This document shows positions 16,734 to 26,476 of a DNA stretch of 64,000 nucleotides, piece after piece (positions within the stretch are counted from its first letter, which is position 1; every line of letters starts with the position of its first letter). The notes under the pieces are model-generated. The model worked only from the letters and a program-made list of their open reading frames with translations. It had not been told where the DNA came from and did no database searches. This DNA comes from Chitinophagaceae bacterium (lineage in GTDB: Bacteria; Bacteroidota; Bacteroidia; Chitinophagales; Chitinophagaceae): contig JADLCD010000107.1 in assembly GCA_020847395.1 (NCBI GenBank), positions 1,108 through 65,107 of the forward strand, in the 5' to 3' direction. The position numbers and the translations under genes were made by a program.

Positions 16734-19598
16734 TTACTTACTCAAATGCATACTTCTCTCTTTATACAAAGTTCTGAAGTATGGATCGCGGAGATCTTTT
16801 ATAAAACGTATAGCTTCGCCGGTAGATTTCATTTCAGGCCCTAACTCTTTATTTACTCCGGGGAATTTATCAAAACTAAAAACGGGTTCTTTAATGGCAA
16901 AGCCTTTCAGGTTTTTCTTGAAAGTTAAATCCTTCAGCTTTACTTCACCCAACATTACTTTGGTAGCAATGTTAAGATAAGGTATCTGGTATGCTTTGGC
17001 GATGAACGGCGTGGTGCGTGAAGCACGCGGGTTTGCTTCAATTACATATACGGTACCATCTTTAATGGCAAACTGTATATTAATAAGCCCGCGTATATCC
17101 AATGCTCTCGCAATTTTTTCAGAATAAAATTCCATGGTAGTTACTTCCATAGGAGTGAGGTTGAATGCAGGCAACACCGCATTGCTGTCACCGCTATGTA
17201 TACCAGCGGGCTCAATATGCTCCATCACACCCATTACATGGAATGTTTCTCCATCATATATCGCATCTACTTCTGCTTCCTGGCAACGGTCGAGAAAATG
17301 ATCAATCAAAATTTTATTGCCGGGAAGATGTTTCAACAAACTCAATACTCCTTTTTCGAGTTCTTCATCATTCAATACAATACGCATTCTTTGCCCGCCC
17401 AACACATAACTGGGGCGAACAAGTACAGGATACCCAACTTCTTTCGCTACTTCAATAGCATCATCCGTATTATATGCAGTACCATATTTAGGATACGGAA
17501 TACCAAGATCTCTCAACAGGTCACTGAATCTTCCCCTGTCTTCAGCTATATCCATGCTATCAAAAGAAGTTCCTATAATCCGAATGCCTTTTTCGTGAAG
17601 ACGCTTAGCAAGTTTCAATGCTGTTTGTCCGCCAAGCTGCACAATTACACCAACAGGTTTTTCATATGCTACAATTTCCCACAAATGCTCCCAAAATACC
17701 GGTTCAAAATATAATTTATCAGCAATATCAAAATCCGTTGAAACCGTTTCTGGATTACAGTTTACCATAATAGCTTCATATCCTGCTTCTTTTATCGCCA
17801 TCAAACCATGCACGCAGCAATAATCAAATTCAATACCCTGGCCAAGACGGTTAGGGCCGGAGCCAAGTACAATAACTGATCCTTTGTTTTTTGCTTTCTT
17901 ATTAACCTGGCTTTCGTTATGCACTACGCCATTACCTTTTGAGGCAACAGAAGGCGCTTCAAAACTGGAATAGAAATAAGGCGTTTTCGCTTCAAATTCC
18001 GCAGCACAGGTATCTACCATTTTATATACACGGGTTAAGCCCATCTTTTTCCTGCGCTCATATATTTCTTCGTCTGTTGTACCATCTTTCAATATACGGC
18101 AAATCTGCTCGTCGCTGAAGCCATTATGCTTTGCTTCAATCAACAGCTCATCCGGCAAGGTATCTCCGTTGTATTTGGCAATTTTATTTTCAATATTTAC
18201 AATCTCCTGTATCTGGTAAATAAACCAGCGGTCAATGCGTGTTGCTTCGCAAATGGATTTTACACTCACACCCATCATCAACGCATCTTTTATGCGGAAC
18301 AACCTGTCCCATTTTGGTGTTTTCAGGTATTCCACAATCTCATCTGAATGCATAAGACTCTTGCCATAATATCCTAAACCTACCGCTTCGTTTTCCAAAC
18401 TCTGACAAGCTTTTTGTATAGCTTCAGTAAAATTGCGACCGATTGACATTACTTCACCTACCGATTTCATCTGCAATCCTAATGTATCATTTGCACCTTT
18501 GAACTTGTCAAAATTCCAGCGTGGAACTTTTACAATTACATAGTCAAGCGTGGGTTCAAAATATGCGGATGTTGATTGAGTGATTTGATTTTTTAATTCA
18601 TCAAGATTGTAACCAATGGCAAGTTTTGCCGCTATTTTAGCGATAGGGTAACCCGTAGCCTTTGACGCTAATGCAGAAGAACGGCTTACACGCGGGTTAA
18701 TTTCAATAGCTATAATTTCTTCTGTTTGCGGGTTAAGTGCAAACTGCACATTACAACCACCAGAAAAATTGCCAAGATCACGCATCATGCATATAGCCGT
18801 ATTGCGCATCAATTGAAAAGCGGTATCGCTCAATGTCATTGCCGGCGCCACGGTAATAGAATCGCCGGTATGCACACCCATCGGGTCAAAGTTTTCAACC
18901 GTACAAATGATGGCTACATTGTTAGCGCTATCACGGAGTAATTCCAGCTCAAATTCTTTCCAGCCTAATACTGCTTTTTCTACTAACACTTCGTGTATAG
19001 GCGAAGCAGATAAGCCGCGGTTCAATGCTTCATCCAAAAATTCTTTGCTGTGTACAAAACCGCCGCCGGTTCCGCCAAGTGTGTAAGATGGGCGAATTAC
19101 CAGGGGAAAGCCAATTTCCTGCGCAAATTCTTTTCCCTCTAAAAATGAGTTGGCAGTTTTTGCTGGAGCAACTGATATACCAAGCTCAATCATCCATTGG
19201 CGAAATTTTTCCCTGTCTTCAGCTTTATCAATAGCCTTAATATCCACCCCTATCAATCGCACATTATATTTTTCCCAAATGCCTAATTCCTGCGCTTCTT
19301 TGGCAAGGTTCAGCGCGGTTTGCCCGCCCATAGTAGGCAGCACCGCATCTATCTGGTTTTCTTCTAATATTTGTTCAATACTCTCTACCGTTAATGGCAA
19401 AAGGTATACACGGTCTGCCATCATTGGGTCGGTCATAATGGTGGCAGGATTACTGTTAATAAGGATCACTTTCACACCTTCTTCTCTCAGGCTTCGGGAA
19501 GCCTGGGTTCCTGAATAATCAAATTCACAAGCTTGTCCTATAACGATGGGGCCTGAACCAATGATCAGGACTGTTTTGATGGAATTGTCTTTAGGCAT
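16734..19598 (-). CDS. carB: Carbamoyl-phosphate synthase large subunit
   Basis: 954 aa with two ATP-grasp halves (IIGSGPIVIGQACEFDYSG ... VLGSGPNRLGQGIEFDYCC) and an oligomerisation domain. No carA is adjacent. Confidence 0.95.
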   Translation of the reverse strand: MPKDNSIKTVLIIGSGPIVIGQACEFDYSGTQASRSLREEGVKVILINSNPATIMTDPMMADRVYLLPLTVESIEQILEENQIDAVLPTMGGQTALNLAKEAQELGIWEKYNVRLIGVDIKAIDKAEDREKFRQWMIELGISVAPAKTANSFLEGKEFAQEIGFPLVIRPSYTLGGTGGGFVHSKEFLDEALNRGLSASPIHEVLVEKAVLGWKEFELELLRDSANNVAIICTVENFDPMGVHTGDSITVAPAMTLSDTAFQLMRNTAICMMRDLGNFSGGCNVQFALNPQTEEIIAIEINPRVSRSSALASKATGYPIAKIAAKLAIGYNLDELKNQITQSTSAYFEPTLDYVIVKVPRWNFDKFKGANDTLGLQMKSVGEVMSIGRNFTEAIQKACQSLENEAVGLGYYGKSLMHSDEIVEYLKTPKWDRLFRIKDALMMGVSVKSICEATRIDRWFIYQIQEIVNIENKIAKYNGDTLPDELLIEAKHNGFSDEQICRILKDGTTDEEIYERRKKMGLTRVYKMVDTCAAEFEAKTPYFYSSFEAPSVASKGNGVVHNESQVNKKAKNKGSVIVLGSGPNRLGQGIEFDYCCVHGLMAIKEAGYEAIMVNCNPETVSTDFDIADKLYFEPVFWEHLWEIVAYEKPVGVIVQLGGQTALKLAKRLHEKGIRIIGTSFDSMDIAEDRGRFSDLLRDLGIPYPKYGTAYNTDDAIEVAKEVGYPVLVRPSYVLGGQRMRIVLNDEELEKGVLSLLKHLPGNKILIDHFLDRCQEAEVDAIYDGETFHVMGVMEHIEPAGIHSGDSNAVLPAFNLTPMEVTTMEFYSEKIARALDIRGLINIQFAIKDGTVYVIEANPRASRTTPFIAKAYQIPYLNIATKVMLGEVKLKDLTFKKNLKGFAIKEPVFSFDKFPGVNKELGPEMKSTGEAIRFIKDLRDPYFRTLYKERSMHLSK

Positions 19599-19858
19599 TT
19601 CTTAATAAAGATTTGAAAGAATGTCGGGCATCTTTCGTTGACTACTAATGCGTTAGTTTGAGCCGGCACGAAAAAAACCGGGCAAAGGTAAGATATGCAA
19701 AGGTAAATGCGAAAGGAACGGGGTTAAATTTAAAATTAGCAGGCAGCTGTCAGTGTTTCAGGTTGCAAATTTCAGGCACAAAAGCAAAAACCTGTTTTAT
19801 AAATAGTAAGTCTTGCAACCTGTGCCAACTATTTAGCACCAACTTTGTAATTTAAGTA

Positions 19859-19887
19859 CCTGCAACCTGGAATTTGGAACTTGTAAC
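19859..19887. repeat. Inverted partial copy of the nuo spacer module (family 2)
   Basis: The reverse complement, GTTACAAGTTCCAAATTCCAGGTTGCAGG, matches 21342-21369 (GTTACAAGTTCCAGGTCTCTGGTTGCAG) at both ends. It lies just after the nuoN stop. Confidence 0.45.
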
Positions 19888-19901
19888 TATCAACTACCTT
19901 C

Positions 19902-21272
19902 CTAATACAACGCCTTTGTAAGCAAACTCGGGAACATACCTAATACTATAACCAATATAGCGGTAAAGAGCAGGGTATACTTAAAAACAGGAGATACAGG
20001 TTTGGTTCCGGCGTTGCCTTCCTTAAAATACATGGCCTGTATGACGCGGAAATAATAATATGCGCTTACAGCCGCCATCAATACAGCAAAAATTACCAGC
20101 CAGATTTGATTGCCGGCTTTAACAGCGCCGATCAACATATAATACTTGGCAAAGAAACCCGCGGTTAAAGGAATACCTGTTAATGATAGCAGGAAAATGG
20201 TATTCATTAACGCGAGGAAAGGTTGTGTTTTTCCCAGCCCGTTAAACCCTTCTAAAGAATAATCCTTCATTTTTGCCACTATTGCAAAACTTCCGATAGT
20301 AGCCAGTGAATAAGCTGCAGCATATAATATCAAACCTTCTTTTGCAAATGTGTTTAAAGAGAATACAGCCAGCAGCATAAACCCTGCCTGCGCTATGCTC
20401 GAATATGAAAGCATTCTTTTCACACTCTGCTGAAAAACGGCAGTAATATTCCCGATAAACAGCGTTGCTGCGGTAATAAGCGCAACAAGTATCTGCCAAT
20501 CGGCATGCACTTTACCAAAAGCATTATCAAACAAACACAGAAAAGCTACAAAAGACGCAACCTTAACAATGGTAGCCATAAATGATGTAACCACGGTTGG
20601 AGATCCGTCATATACATCAGGTGTCCAGAAATGGAATGGCGCGGCACTTACTTTAAACGACATAGCGATAAGTAAAAGCACCAATCCTATCGCGATCATT
20701 GGACTAAATCCTGCAGTGGCAACATTAATGCCATCAACATAAAATGTTCCTGAAGCGCCATACAAAAAAGCAATTCCCATCAGCATAATACCTGATGAAA
20801 ATGCACCCATCAAAAAATATTTCAATGATGCTTCATTGCTCTTAAGATTCTTTTTATCGCTTCCTGCCAGTATATATAATGGTATTGAGATGATTTCTAT
20901 ACCGAGGAAAAGCATCAGGAGCGTATTGAAATAAGTTACAAGGCCGATACCTGACAGAATAAAAAAGATCAGCGCGTAGTATTCAAAAGTATCATTGCCT
21001 GTTTCTTCAAATTCAGTGGCATTCAAAATAAAATAGATCAATGTACAGAAGAATACAATGCCTGTAAACACCTGCCCGAACGGAGAGAATTTCAGCATGC
21101 CGCGTATATCTGCATCGAGGTAAAGAACAGTGCTATACTCAAGATAAGTAACAACAAGCAATGCTATGATACCTATAATAGCAACAGGAGCCGCAGCTTT
21201 TTTATTTTTCAAAAAAATACCGCTGAACATCATTACTACGCCCCATAATGCCGATAATATTAATGCGATCAT
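19902..21272 (-). CDS. nuoN: NADH-quinone oxidoreductase subunit N
   Basis: 456 aa polytopic antiporter-like subunit and the last gene of the nuo operon. Confidence 0.9.
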   Translation of the reverse strand: MIALILSALWGVVMMFSGIFLKNKKAAAPVAIIGIIALLVVTYLEYSTVLYLDADIRGMLKFSPFGQVFTGIVFFCTLIYFILNATEFEETGNDTFEYYALIFFILSGIGLVTYFNTLLMLFLGIEIISIPLYILAGSDKKNLKSNEASLKYFLMGAFSSGIMLMGIAFLYGASGTFYVDGINVATAGFSPMIAIGLVLLLIAMSFKVSAAPFHFWTPDVYDGSPTVVTSFMATIVKVASFVAFLCLFDNAFGKVHADWQILVALITAATLFIGNITAVFQQSVKRMLSYSSIAQAGFMLLAVFSLNTFAKEGLILYAAAYSLATIGSFAIVAKMKDYSLEGFNGLGKTQPFLALMNTIFLLSLTGIPLTAGFFAKYYMLIGAVKAGNQIWLVIFAVLMAAVSAYYYFRVIQAMYFKEGNAGTKPVSPVFKYTLLFTAILVIVLGMFPSLLTKALY

Positions 21273-21327
21273 AATCTTCTAAATGCCTCTTGAATTATTA
21301 ATAGTGTTTGCCTGTTTGTTGTTGCAT

Positions 21328-21422
21328 GTTACAAGTTGCAGGTTACAAGTTCCAGGTCTCTGGTTGCAGTTCCATCCTATACCTTACACCCTATGCCCTA
21401 CACCTTTCTTACCACTTTCTTC
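21328..21422. repeat. nuoM-nuoN spacer module (family 2)
   Basis: Shares GTTACAAGTTNCAGNTTACAAGTNNCAGG (25 of 29 nt), TACACCCT and CTACACCTTTC blocks with the nuoJ-nuoK spacer at 25201-25305. Confidence 0.55.
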
Positions 21423-22904
21423 TCACAGCCCCTGCACCTTACTCATAAATGCCCCCACCGTATTTATCGTAAGCTCGATCAATGGCTTTGGATAAACACC
21501 CAATACAAAAATGATAACAACGATCACTGATAAAGCTATAATTGCTCCTTTGTCCAGCTTTGTTACACCAGCTAAAGGATAATGCGCTCTTACCGGCCCG
21601 TAAAATACTTTCTGGATCATATTAAGCGTATATACAGCTGCCAGTATAATGCTGATCAGTGCGATAGCTGTTGTCCATTTACCGTAGGTAAACAACCCGT
21701 TAAACATCAGGAACTCACCCACAAAAGCATTGGTTAATGGCAGGGCGATATTTGCCAACGCAATGATCACGAGGAAAATGGTAAGCGTTGGTGAAGTATT
21801 GGCAAGTCCGCCAAGCTCAGATATCTTTCTTGTACCCCAGTATTTTTCAATAGCATTTACCACTATCCACAATCCTATAATATTTATACCGTGGTTGAAC
21901 ATCTGCACCATCACACCTTCCACACCGCTTTCAGCCCTTGCAAACACTGCGGCGCACATTAGCCCTATATGCGCAATGGAAGAATATGCTACCAGTCGTT
22001 TTATATCATCCTGCATCCAGGCAATGCAGGATGCGTATATCATTCCTATAACAGCAAGTACAATAATAATATTGCTGAATATTTGTGTAGCGTAAGGAAA
22101 TACCGGCACCAGCCAGCGGATCAGCGCGAACACGCCCATCTTCACCATCACACCACTTAATATCATGGTTACGCCGGTGGGTGATTGCTCGTATGCATCG
22201 GGCTGCCAGGTATGAAAAGGGAATACCGGCATCTTGATAGCAAACGCGATAAAAAATAACCAGAAAACAAATTTTTCTTTGCCGGGAGGAAGCTTGGCAT
22301 CCATGAAAGTACGCAATGAAAAAGTGCCTTCAGGTGTATGCAGGTATACATAGATGATACCGATAAGCAATAAGAGCGATCCTGCAAATGTGTATACAAA
22401 GAATTTGAATGTTGCCTGTATGCGTTTTTCTCCACCCCATATGGATGATAAGAAATAAACCGGTATAAGCGCCAGCTCCCAGAAGAAGTAAAATACCAGT
22501 GCATCCATCGCGCAAAACACACCCATCAGGCCTGCTTGTGTAAGCAGCATTAAACCGTAAAATGAATTTGGCTTTTTATAATCATTATTATAGGTAGATA
22601 AGAAAACGAGCGGGAAAGAAATGGCTGTGAGCAGGCAAAGCATTCTTCCCATACCATCATACATTAATGCAAAACTGCTGCCGATAGATGGCATCCAGAA
22701 ATAACTTACATTATTGAAGTTGAAATATTTCTGATCAGTGAAGAACAGGCTTGCCGCAACAATACCTACAGTGATAAAAGAAGAAGTTAACGCCCATTTT
22801 TTTGCCTGGTCACTTTTCTTTAAAGCAAAAGCTATTAACCCGCTGATTAAAGGAAACCAAAGCAGCAATTCCGGAAAAGTAAGTAATACGTCTTTAGGAT
22901 TCAT
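21423..22904 (-). CDS. nuoM: NADH-quinone oxidoreductase subunit M
   Basis: 493 aa antiporter-like subunit, placed by operon position. Confidence 0.9.
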   Translation of the reverse strand: MNPKDVLLTFPELLLWFPLISGLIAFALKKSDQAKKWALTSSFITVGIVAASLFFTDQKYFNFNNVSYFWMPSIGSSFALMYDGMGRMLCLLTAISFPLVFLSTYNNDYKKPNSFYGLMLLTQAGLMGVFCAMDALVFYFFWELALIPVYFLSSIWGGEKRIQATFKFFVYTFAGSLLLLIGIIYVYLHTPEGTFSLRTFMDAKLPPGKEKFVFWLFFIAFAIKMPVFPFHTWQPDAYEQSPTGVTMILSGVMVKMGVFALIRWLVPVFPYATQIFSNIIIVLAVIGMIYASCIAWMQDDIKRLVAYSSIAHIGLMCAAVFARAESGVEGVMVQMFNHGINIIGLWIVVNAIEKYWGTRKISELGGLANTSPTLTIFLVIIALANIALPLTNAFVGEFLMFNGLFTYGKWTTAIALISIILAAVYTLNMIQKVFYGPVRAHYPLAGVTKLDKGAIIALSVIVVIIFVLGVYPKPLIELTINTVGAFMSKVQGL

Positions 22905-22907
22905 AGC

Positions 22908-24830
22908 TTATAAAACAAACAATTGAATAATGAATAAAGCCAACGCCGCCACAACCATAATTAAAATATATGCGCCAACCTGCCCGCTCTGTAATAATCT
23001 TAACTGTCTGCTTCCATAATGTACAATGCGGCCAACACCATTTACCACGCCATCTATGCCAAGCCTTTCAACCACATTATTTAAGAAGGCAGAAATACCA
23101 CGCAATGGCTTTACAATTACAGCATCATACAACTCATCTATATACCATTTGTTCTCCAGCACTTTTCCAAATCCTCCCGCATCGTTTAATTCGGGCTTTT
23201 TGCTGAACCTGCTTACTGCATACAAAATGGCAATAGCTGCCAGGGCAACCGATGCACCCATCAGCATGTATTCTGTATTATGATTTATTTCGTGCGGATG
23301 CTGCAATTTTACTGAGCCGGCAAATACCGGTGCAAGAAAATGTTCCAGCTCATGACTGCCGCCCAGTACCGCAGGCACGCCTATAAAGCCTGATATTGCT
23401 GCTAATATAGCCAGCACAATCAAAGGAATAGTCATTGCTTTCGGGCTTTCGTGCAGGTGATGTTCCTGCTCATGTGTGCCCCTGAATTTGCCGAGGAAAG
23501 TGGTGGCATATAAACGGAACATATAAAAAGCCGTCATAACCGCGCCAAGAACGCCTATCACCCAATATACGGTGCTTGCAGAAAATGCTGCTGCCAAAAT
23601 TTCATCTTTTGAAAAGAAACCACTCAACGGGGGTATACCTGCAATAGCTATACAACCAATAAGAAAAGTAATATGTGTAACAGGAAGCGCTTTCTTCAAT
23701 CCACCCATTTTGCGGATATCCTGTTCATGATGCATGGCATGTATAACCGAACCTGCACCGAGGAATAATAATGCTTTAAAGAAAGCATGCGTCATTACAT
23801 GGAATACAGCGCCTGTGTATGCGCCCACACCCAAACCTAAAAACATATAGCCCAACTGGCTGACGGTTGAATAAGCCAGCACTTTTTTAATATCATTTTG
23901 TTTGATAGCGATGGTTGCCGCAAGGATCGCTGTTGCCAAACCTATAACCGCTACCACGCCCTGTGTGGTTGGTGCAAGTGTATATAAAATATTGCTGCGT
24001 GCTATCATATAAATACCTGCGGTAACCATTGTAGCAGCATGGATAAGCGCAGATACAGGTGTTGGACCAGCCATCGCATCGGGCAACCAGGTATATAATG
24101 GTATCTGTGCACTTTTACCGGTTGCACCGAGAAATAGTAATAATGTTATTCCAACCAGCACCTTATCATTCATTTGCATACCGGATGCGTTTGAAAATAC
24201 ATCGGCAAAATTTAATGAACCAAATTGTTGAATAATCCAGAAGGCTGCAAGCAGAAAACCAAAATCACCAATACGGTTCATGATGAAGGCTTTTTTTGCC
24301 GCATTGGTATAGTCGTTATTTTTAAACCAGTAACCAATTAATAAATAAGAACAAAGACCAACGCCTTCCCAACCAATGAACATAATAAGATAGTTAGCGC
24401 CAAGCACCAGTAATAGCATGGAGAAAATGAACAGGTTGAGGTATGCAAAATATCTTGCATAGTGATCGCTGTTTTCTTCATGCATATATGCTGTGGAGTA
24501 TACATGTATTAAAAAGCCTACGCCTGTTATTATTAATAAAAATATGGAAGACAACTGGTCTACCTGGAAGGCAAAAGGAATATCCAGCTTACCTATGCTA
24601 ATAAAATCAAACAGTTTTACCACGCCTGCATGCCCGGCTTTAACATCAAAAAACAATATAAGGCTTACTATAAAAGAAGCTAATATTACGCCGCTGCCAA
24701 TAATACCGGTAAGCGATTTGGAAAGACGTTTCCTTCCCAACCCGTTGATCAGAAAACCGATCAAAGGAAACAAAGGAACCAGGTAAACTAATGTACTCAT
24801 ATCAGGTATATAGTACGCAAAACCGGGCAA
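22908..24830 (-). CDS. nuoL: NADH-quinone oxidoreductase subunit L
   Basis: 640 aa antiporter-like subunit with a C-terminal lateral-helix region. An alternative start is the Met at 24800 (MSTLVYLVPLFPLIGF). Confidence 0.9.
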   Translation of the reverse strand: MPGFAYYIPDMSTLVYLVPLFPLIGFLINGLGRKRLSKSLTGIIGSGVILASFIVSLILFFDVKAGHAGVVKLFDFISIGKLDIPFAFQVDQLSSIFLLIITGVGFLIHVYSTAYMHEENSDHYARYFAYLNLFIFSMLLLVLGANYLIMFIGWEGVGLCSYLLIGYWFKNNDYTNAAKKAFIMNRIGDFGFLLAAFWIIQQFGSLNFADVFSNASGMQMNDKVLVGITLLLFLGATGKSAQIPLYTWLPDAMAGPTPVSALIHAATMVTAGIYMIARSNILYTLAPTTQGVVAVIGLATAILAATIAIKQNDIKKVLAYSTVSQLGYMFLGLGVGAYTGAVFHVMTHAFFKALLFLGAGSVIHAMHHEQDIRKMGGLKKALPVTHITFLIGCIAIAGIPPLSGFFSKDEILAAAFSASTVYWVIGVLGAVMTAFYMFRLYATTFLGKFRGTHEQEHHLHESPKAMTIPLIVLAILAAISGFIGVPAVLGGSHELEHFLAPVFAGSVKLQHPHEINHNTEYMLMGASVALAAIAILYAVSRFSKKPELNDAGGFGKVLENKWYIDELYDAVIVKPLRGISAFLNNVVERLGIDGVVNGVGRIVHYGSRQLRLLQSGQVGAYILIMVVAALALFIIQLFVL

Positions 24831-24851
24831 ACTGCCTGGTTGAAATGCGCA

Positions 24852-25187
24852 TTAATGTTTTAGTCTGTTCAAAAAACTTGCATCTATAGAATGTGTATTG
24901 CGATACATCATTACTATTATAGCCAATCCAACACTTACTTCAGCCGCTGCTACCACCATTATAAAAAATACAAACAATTGCCCGTCTGTGCCTGCGGTTG
25001 TAGCCGGATCTACAACAGATGCCGCGAGGTAATGCATTTTAGAGAATGCTACCAGCAAAAGATTCACTGCGTTAAACATTAACTCAATGCACATAAAAAT
25101 AATGATCACATTGCGGCGCGTTAATACCCCAATGATGCCAATGCAAAACAAAGCAACAGATAAAAATATATAATGATTGATGGTCAT
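24852..25187 (-). CDS. nuoK: NADH-quinone oxidoreductase subunit K
   Basis: 111 aa, 3 TM helices, conserved ...AAAE..VGLA... motif. Confidence 0.9.
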   Translation of the reverse strand: MTINHYIFLSVALFCIGIIGVLTRRNVIIIFMCIELMFNAVNLLLVAFSKMHYLAASVVDPATTAGTDGQLFVFFIMVVAAAEVSVGLAIIVMMYRNTHSIDASFLNRLKH

Positions 25188-25200
25188 AGTTCAAATTTCA

Positions 25201-25305
25201 GTTACAAGTTACAGATTACAAGTCGCAGGTTGCTTCCGCCCTACACCCTACACCTTTCACCTTATGCCTTACCGCTTATCATCTGCCACATACAACTTCC
25301 TCCCC
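25201..25305. repeat. nuoJ-nuoK spacer module (family 2)
   Basis: See 21328-21422. It has the same ordered sequence blocks. It is C/T/A-rich on the plus strand, so it is purine-rich in the nuo mRNA. Confidence 0.55.
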
Positions 25306-25803
25306 TCACTTCTTCCCAATCACCACTGCTCCTACCATGGCACTTAAAAAAAGCACGCTGCTTATTTCAAATGGTAATACATAATCGCTGAACAACACTG
25401 TGCCCAAATTATTGATCAAACCGATTTTACCGGTATTTAATAAAACTTCCTGCTGCATGGTATCTGTGTCTTTTAACGCGGCAATCAACACCAGCAAAAG
25501 GCTACAGCCTGAAATAACGCCTGCAAACTTCAGCCATTTATTTTTTAATGGAGAAGATATTTCGTTCAGGTTCATCATCATTACCACAAAAAGAAACAAT
25601 ACCATGATGGCGCCTGCGTACACTATAATATTTACTATAGCGAGAAACTGTGCATTAAGTAGTATGTAATGTCCGGTGATAGCAAAGAATGTAATAATAA
25701 GCCAGAGAATACTATGCACAGGATTTTTGCTGAATACAACCATCAGCGCACTTCCAAGTGCAAGTACCGTAAGAAACCAAAAAAGCATTTGTGTAATTCC
25801 CAT
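25306..25803 (-). CDS. nuoJ: NADH-quinone oxidoreductase subunit J
   Basis: 165 aa, 5 TM helices, placed by operon position. Confidence 0.85.
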   Translation of the reverse strand: MGITQMLFWFLTVLALGSALMVVFSKNPVHSILWLIITFFAITGHYILLNAQFLAIVNIIVYAGAIMVLFLFVVMMMNLNEISSPLKNKWLKFAGVISGCSLLLVLIAALKDTDTMQQEVLLNTGKIGLINNLGTVLFSDYVLPFEISSVLFLSAMVGAVVIGKK

Positions 25804-25830
25804 TATAGTAGTCGTTCGTTGGTTGTTATA

Positions 25831-26388
25831 TCAGGACTTTGATTTTTTCTTTTTTTCAATTAACCCTTTCGCTTCTTTAAATTCTTCTGGTTTTGTTACA
25901 GGGTCAGGGATCAATAAATCCGGCTTGCCATAAATAAAGCTTTTGCGGCTGAAGTTTGCAGGAGCAAAAGTTTCACTCAGGTATATTGCGTCTTTGGGAC
26001 AAGCCTCTTCACATAATCCGCAAAAAATGCAACGCAGCATATTGATCTCGTACCTTGCCGCATATTTCTCTTCCCTGTATAATTTTTCCTCACCAGGCAA
26101 ACGTTCGGCAGCTTCCATTGTAATAGCTTCTGCCGGGCAAGCCACTGCACATAAACCGCAGGCAGTGCAGCGTTCACGTCCTTCTTCATCGCGGTTCAAC
26201 ACGTGCAATCCGCGAAACACGGGGCTGAATGGTCTTGTTTGTTCAGGATATTGTATGGTGGCTTTTTTCTTAAAAATATGACCAAATGTAATGAGCATTC
26301 CTTTGAAGATATTCCAGACGTATATCTTCTCAAGCCAACTCAACGGGCTCCTGTCAACCGACTTTGCTCTTTGTGTTAATGACTGCAT
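25831..26388 (-). CDS. nuoI: NADH-quinone oxidoreductase subunit I
   Basis: Two 4Fe-4S ferredoxin motifs (CTACGLCAVACP and CIFCGLCEEACP). Confidence 0.9.
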   Translation of the reverse strand: MQSLTQRAKSVDRSPLSWLEKIYVWNIFKGMLITFGHIFKKKATIQYPEQTRPFSPVFRGLHVLNRDEEGRERCTACGLCAVACPAEAITMEAAERLPGEEKLYREEKYAARYEINMLRCIFCGLCEEACPKDAIYLSETFAPANFSRKSFIYGKPDLLIPDPVTKPEEFKEAKGLIEKKKKSKS

Positions 26389-26476
26389 ATTTACTTTTTA
26401 TTTCTTCAAAGAAGAAACTATATAAAAGTTGCACAAAAGTATTTTTATCATTCATACAACCCAACTAAAATCAACA

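Noticed and set aside
21283-21530. Two overlapping ORFs (70 and 64 aa) in the nuoM-nuoN spacer
   Set aside because: They translate the repeat module itself (PYTLCPTPFLPLSSHS...). The same module at 25201-25305 is not in a conserved frame. It is better explained as a non-coding repeat.
21328-25305. CRISPR-like or tandem-repeat interpretation of the GTTACAAGT/CAGGT word repeats
   Set aside because: There is no regular repeat-spacer periodicity and only 2-3 short degenerate words per locus. No cas genes are present.
25235-25305. G-quadruplex in the nuoJ-nuoK spacer mRNA (GGG/GGGG runs on the minus strand)
   Set aside because: The G-runs are mostly 2-3 nt with irregular, long loops. It cannot be supported without a predictor or experiment.
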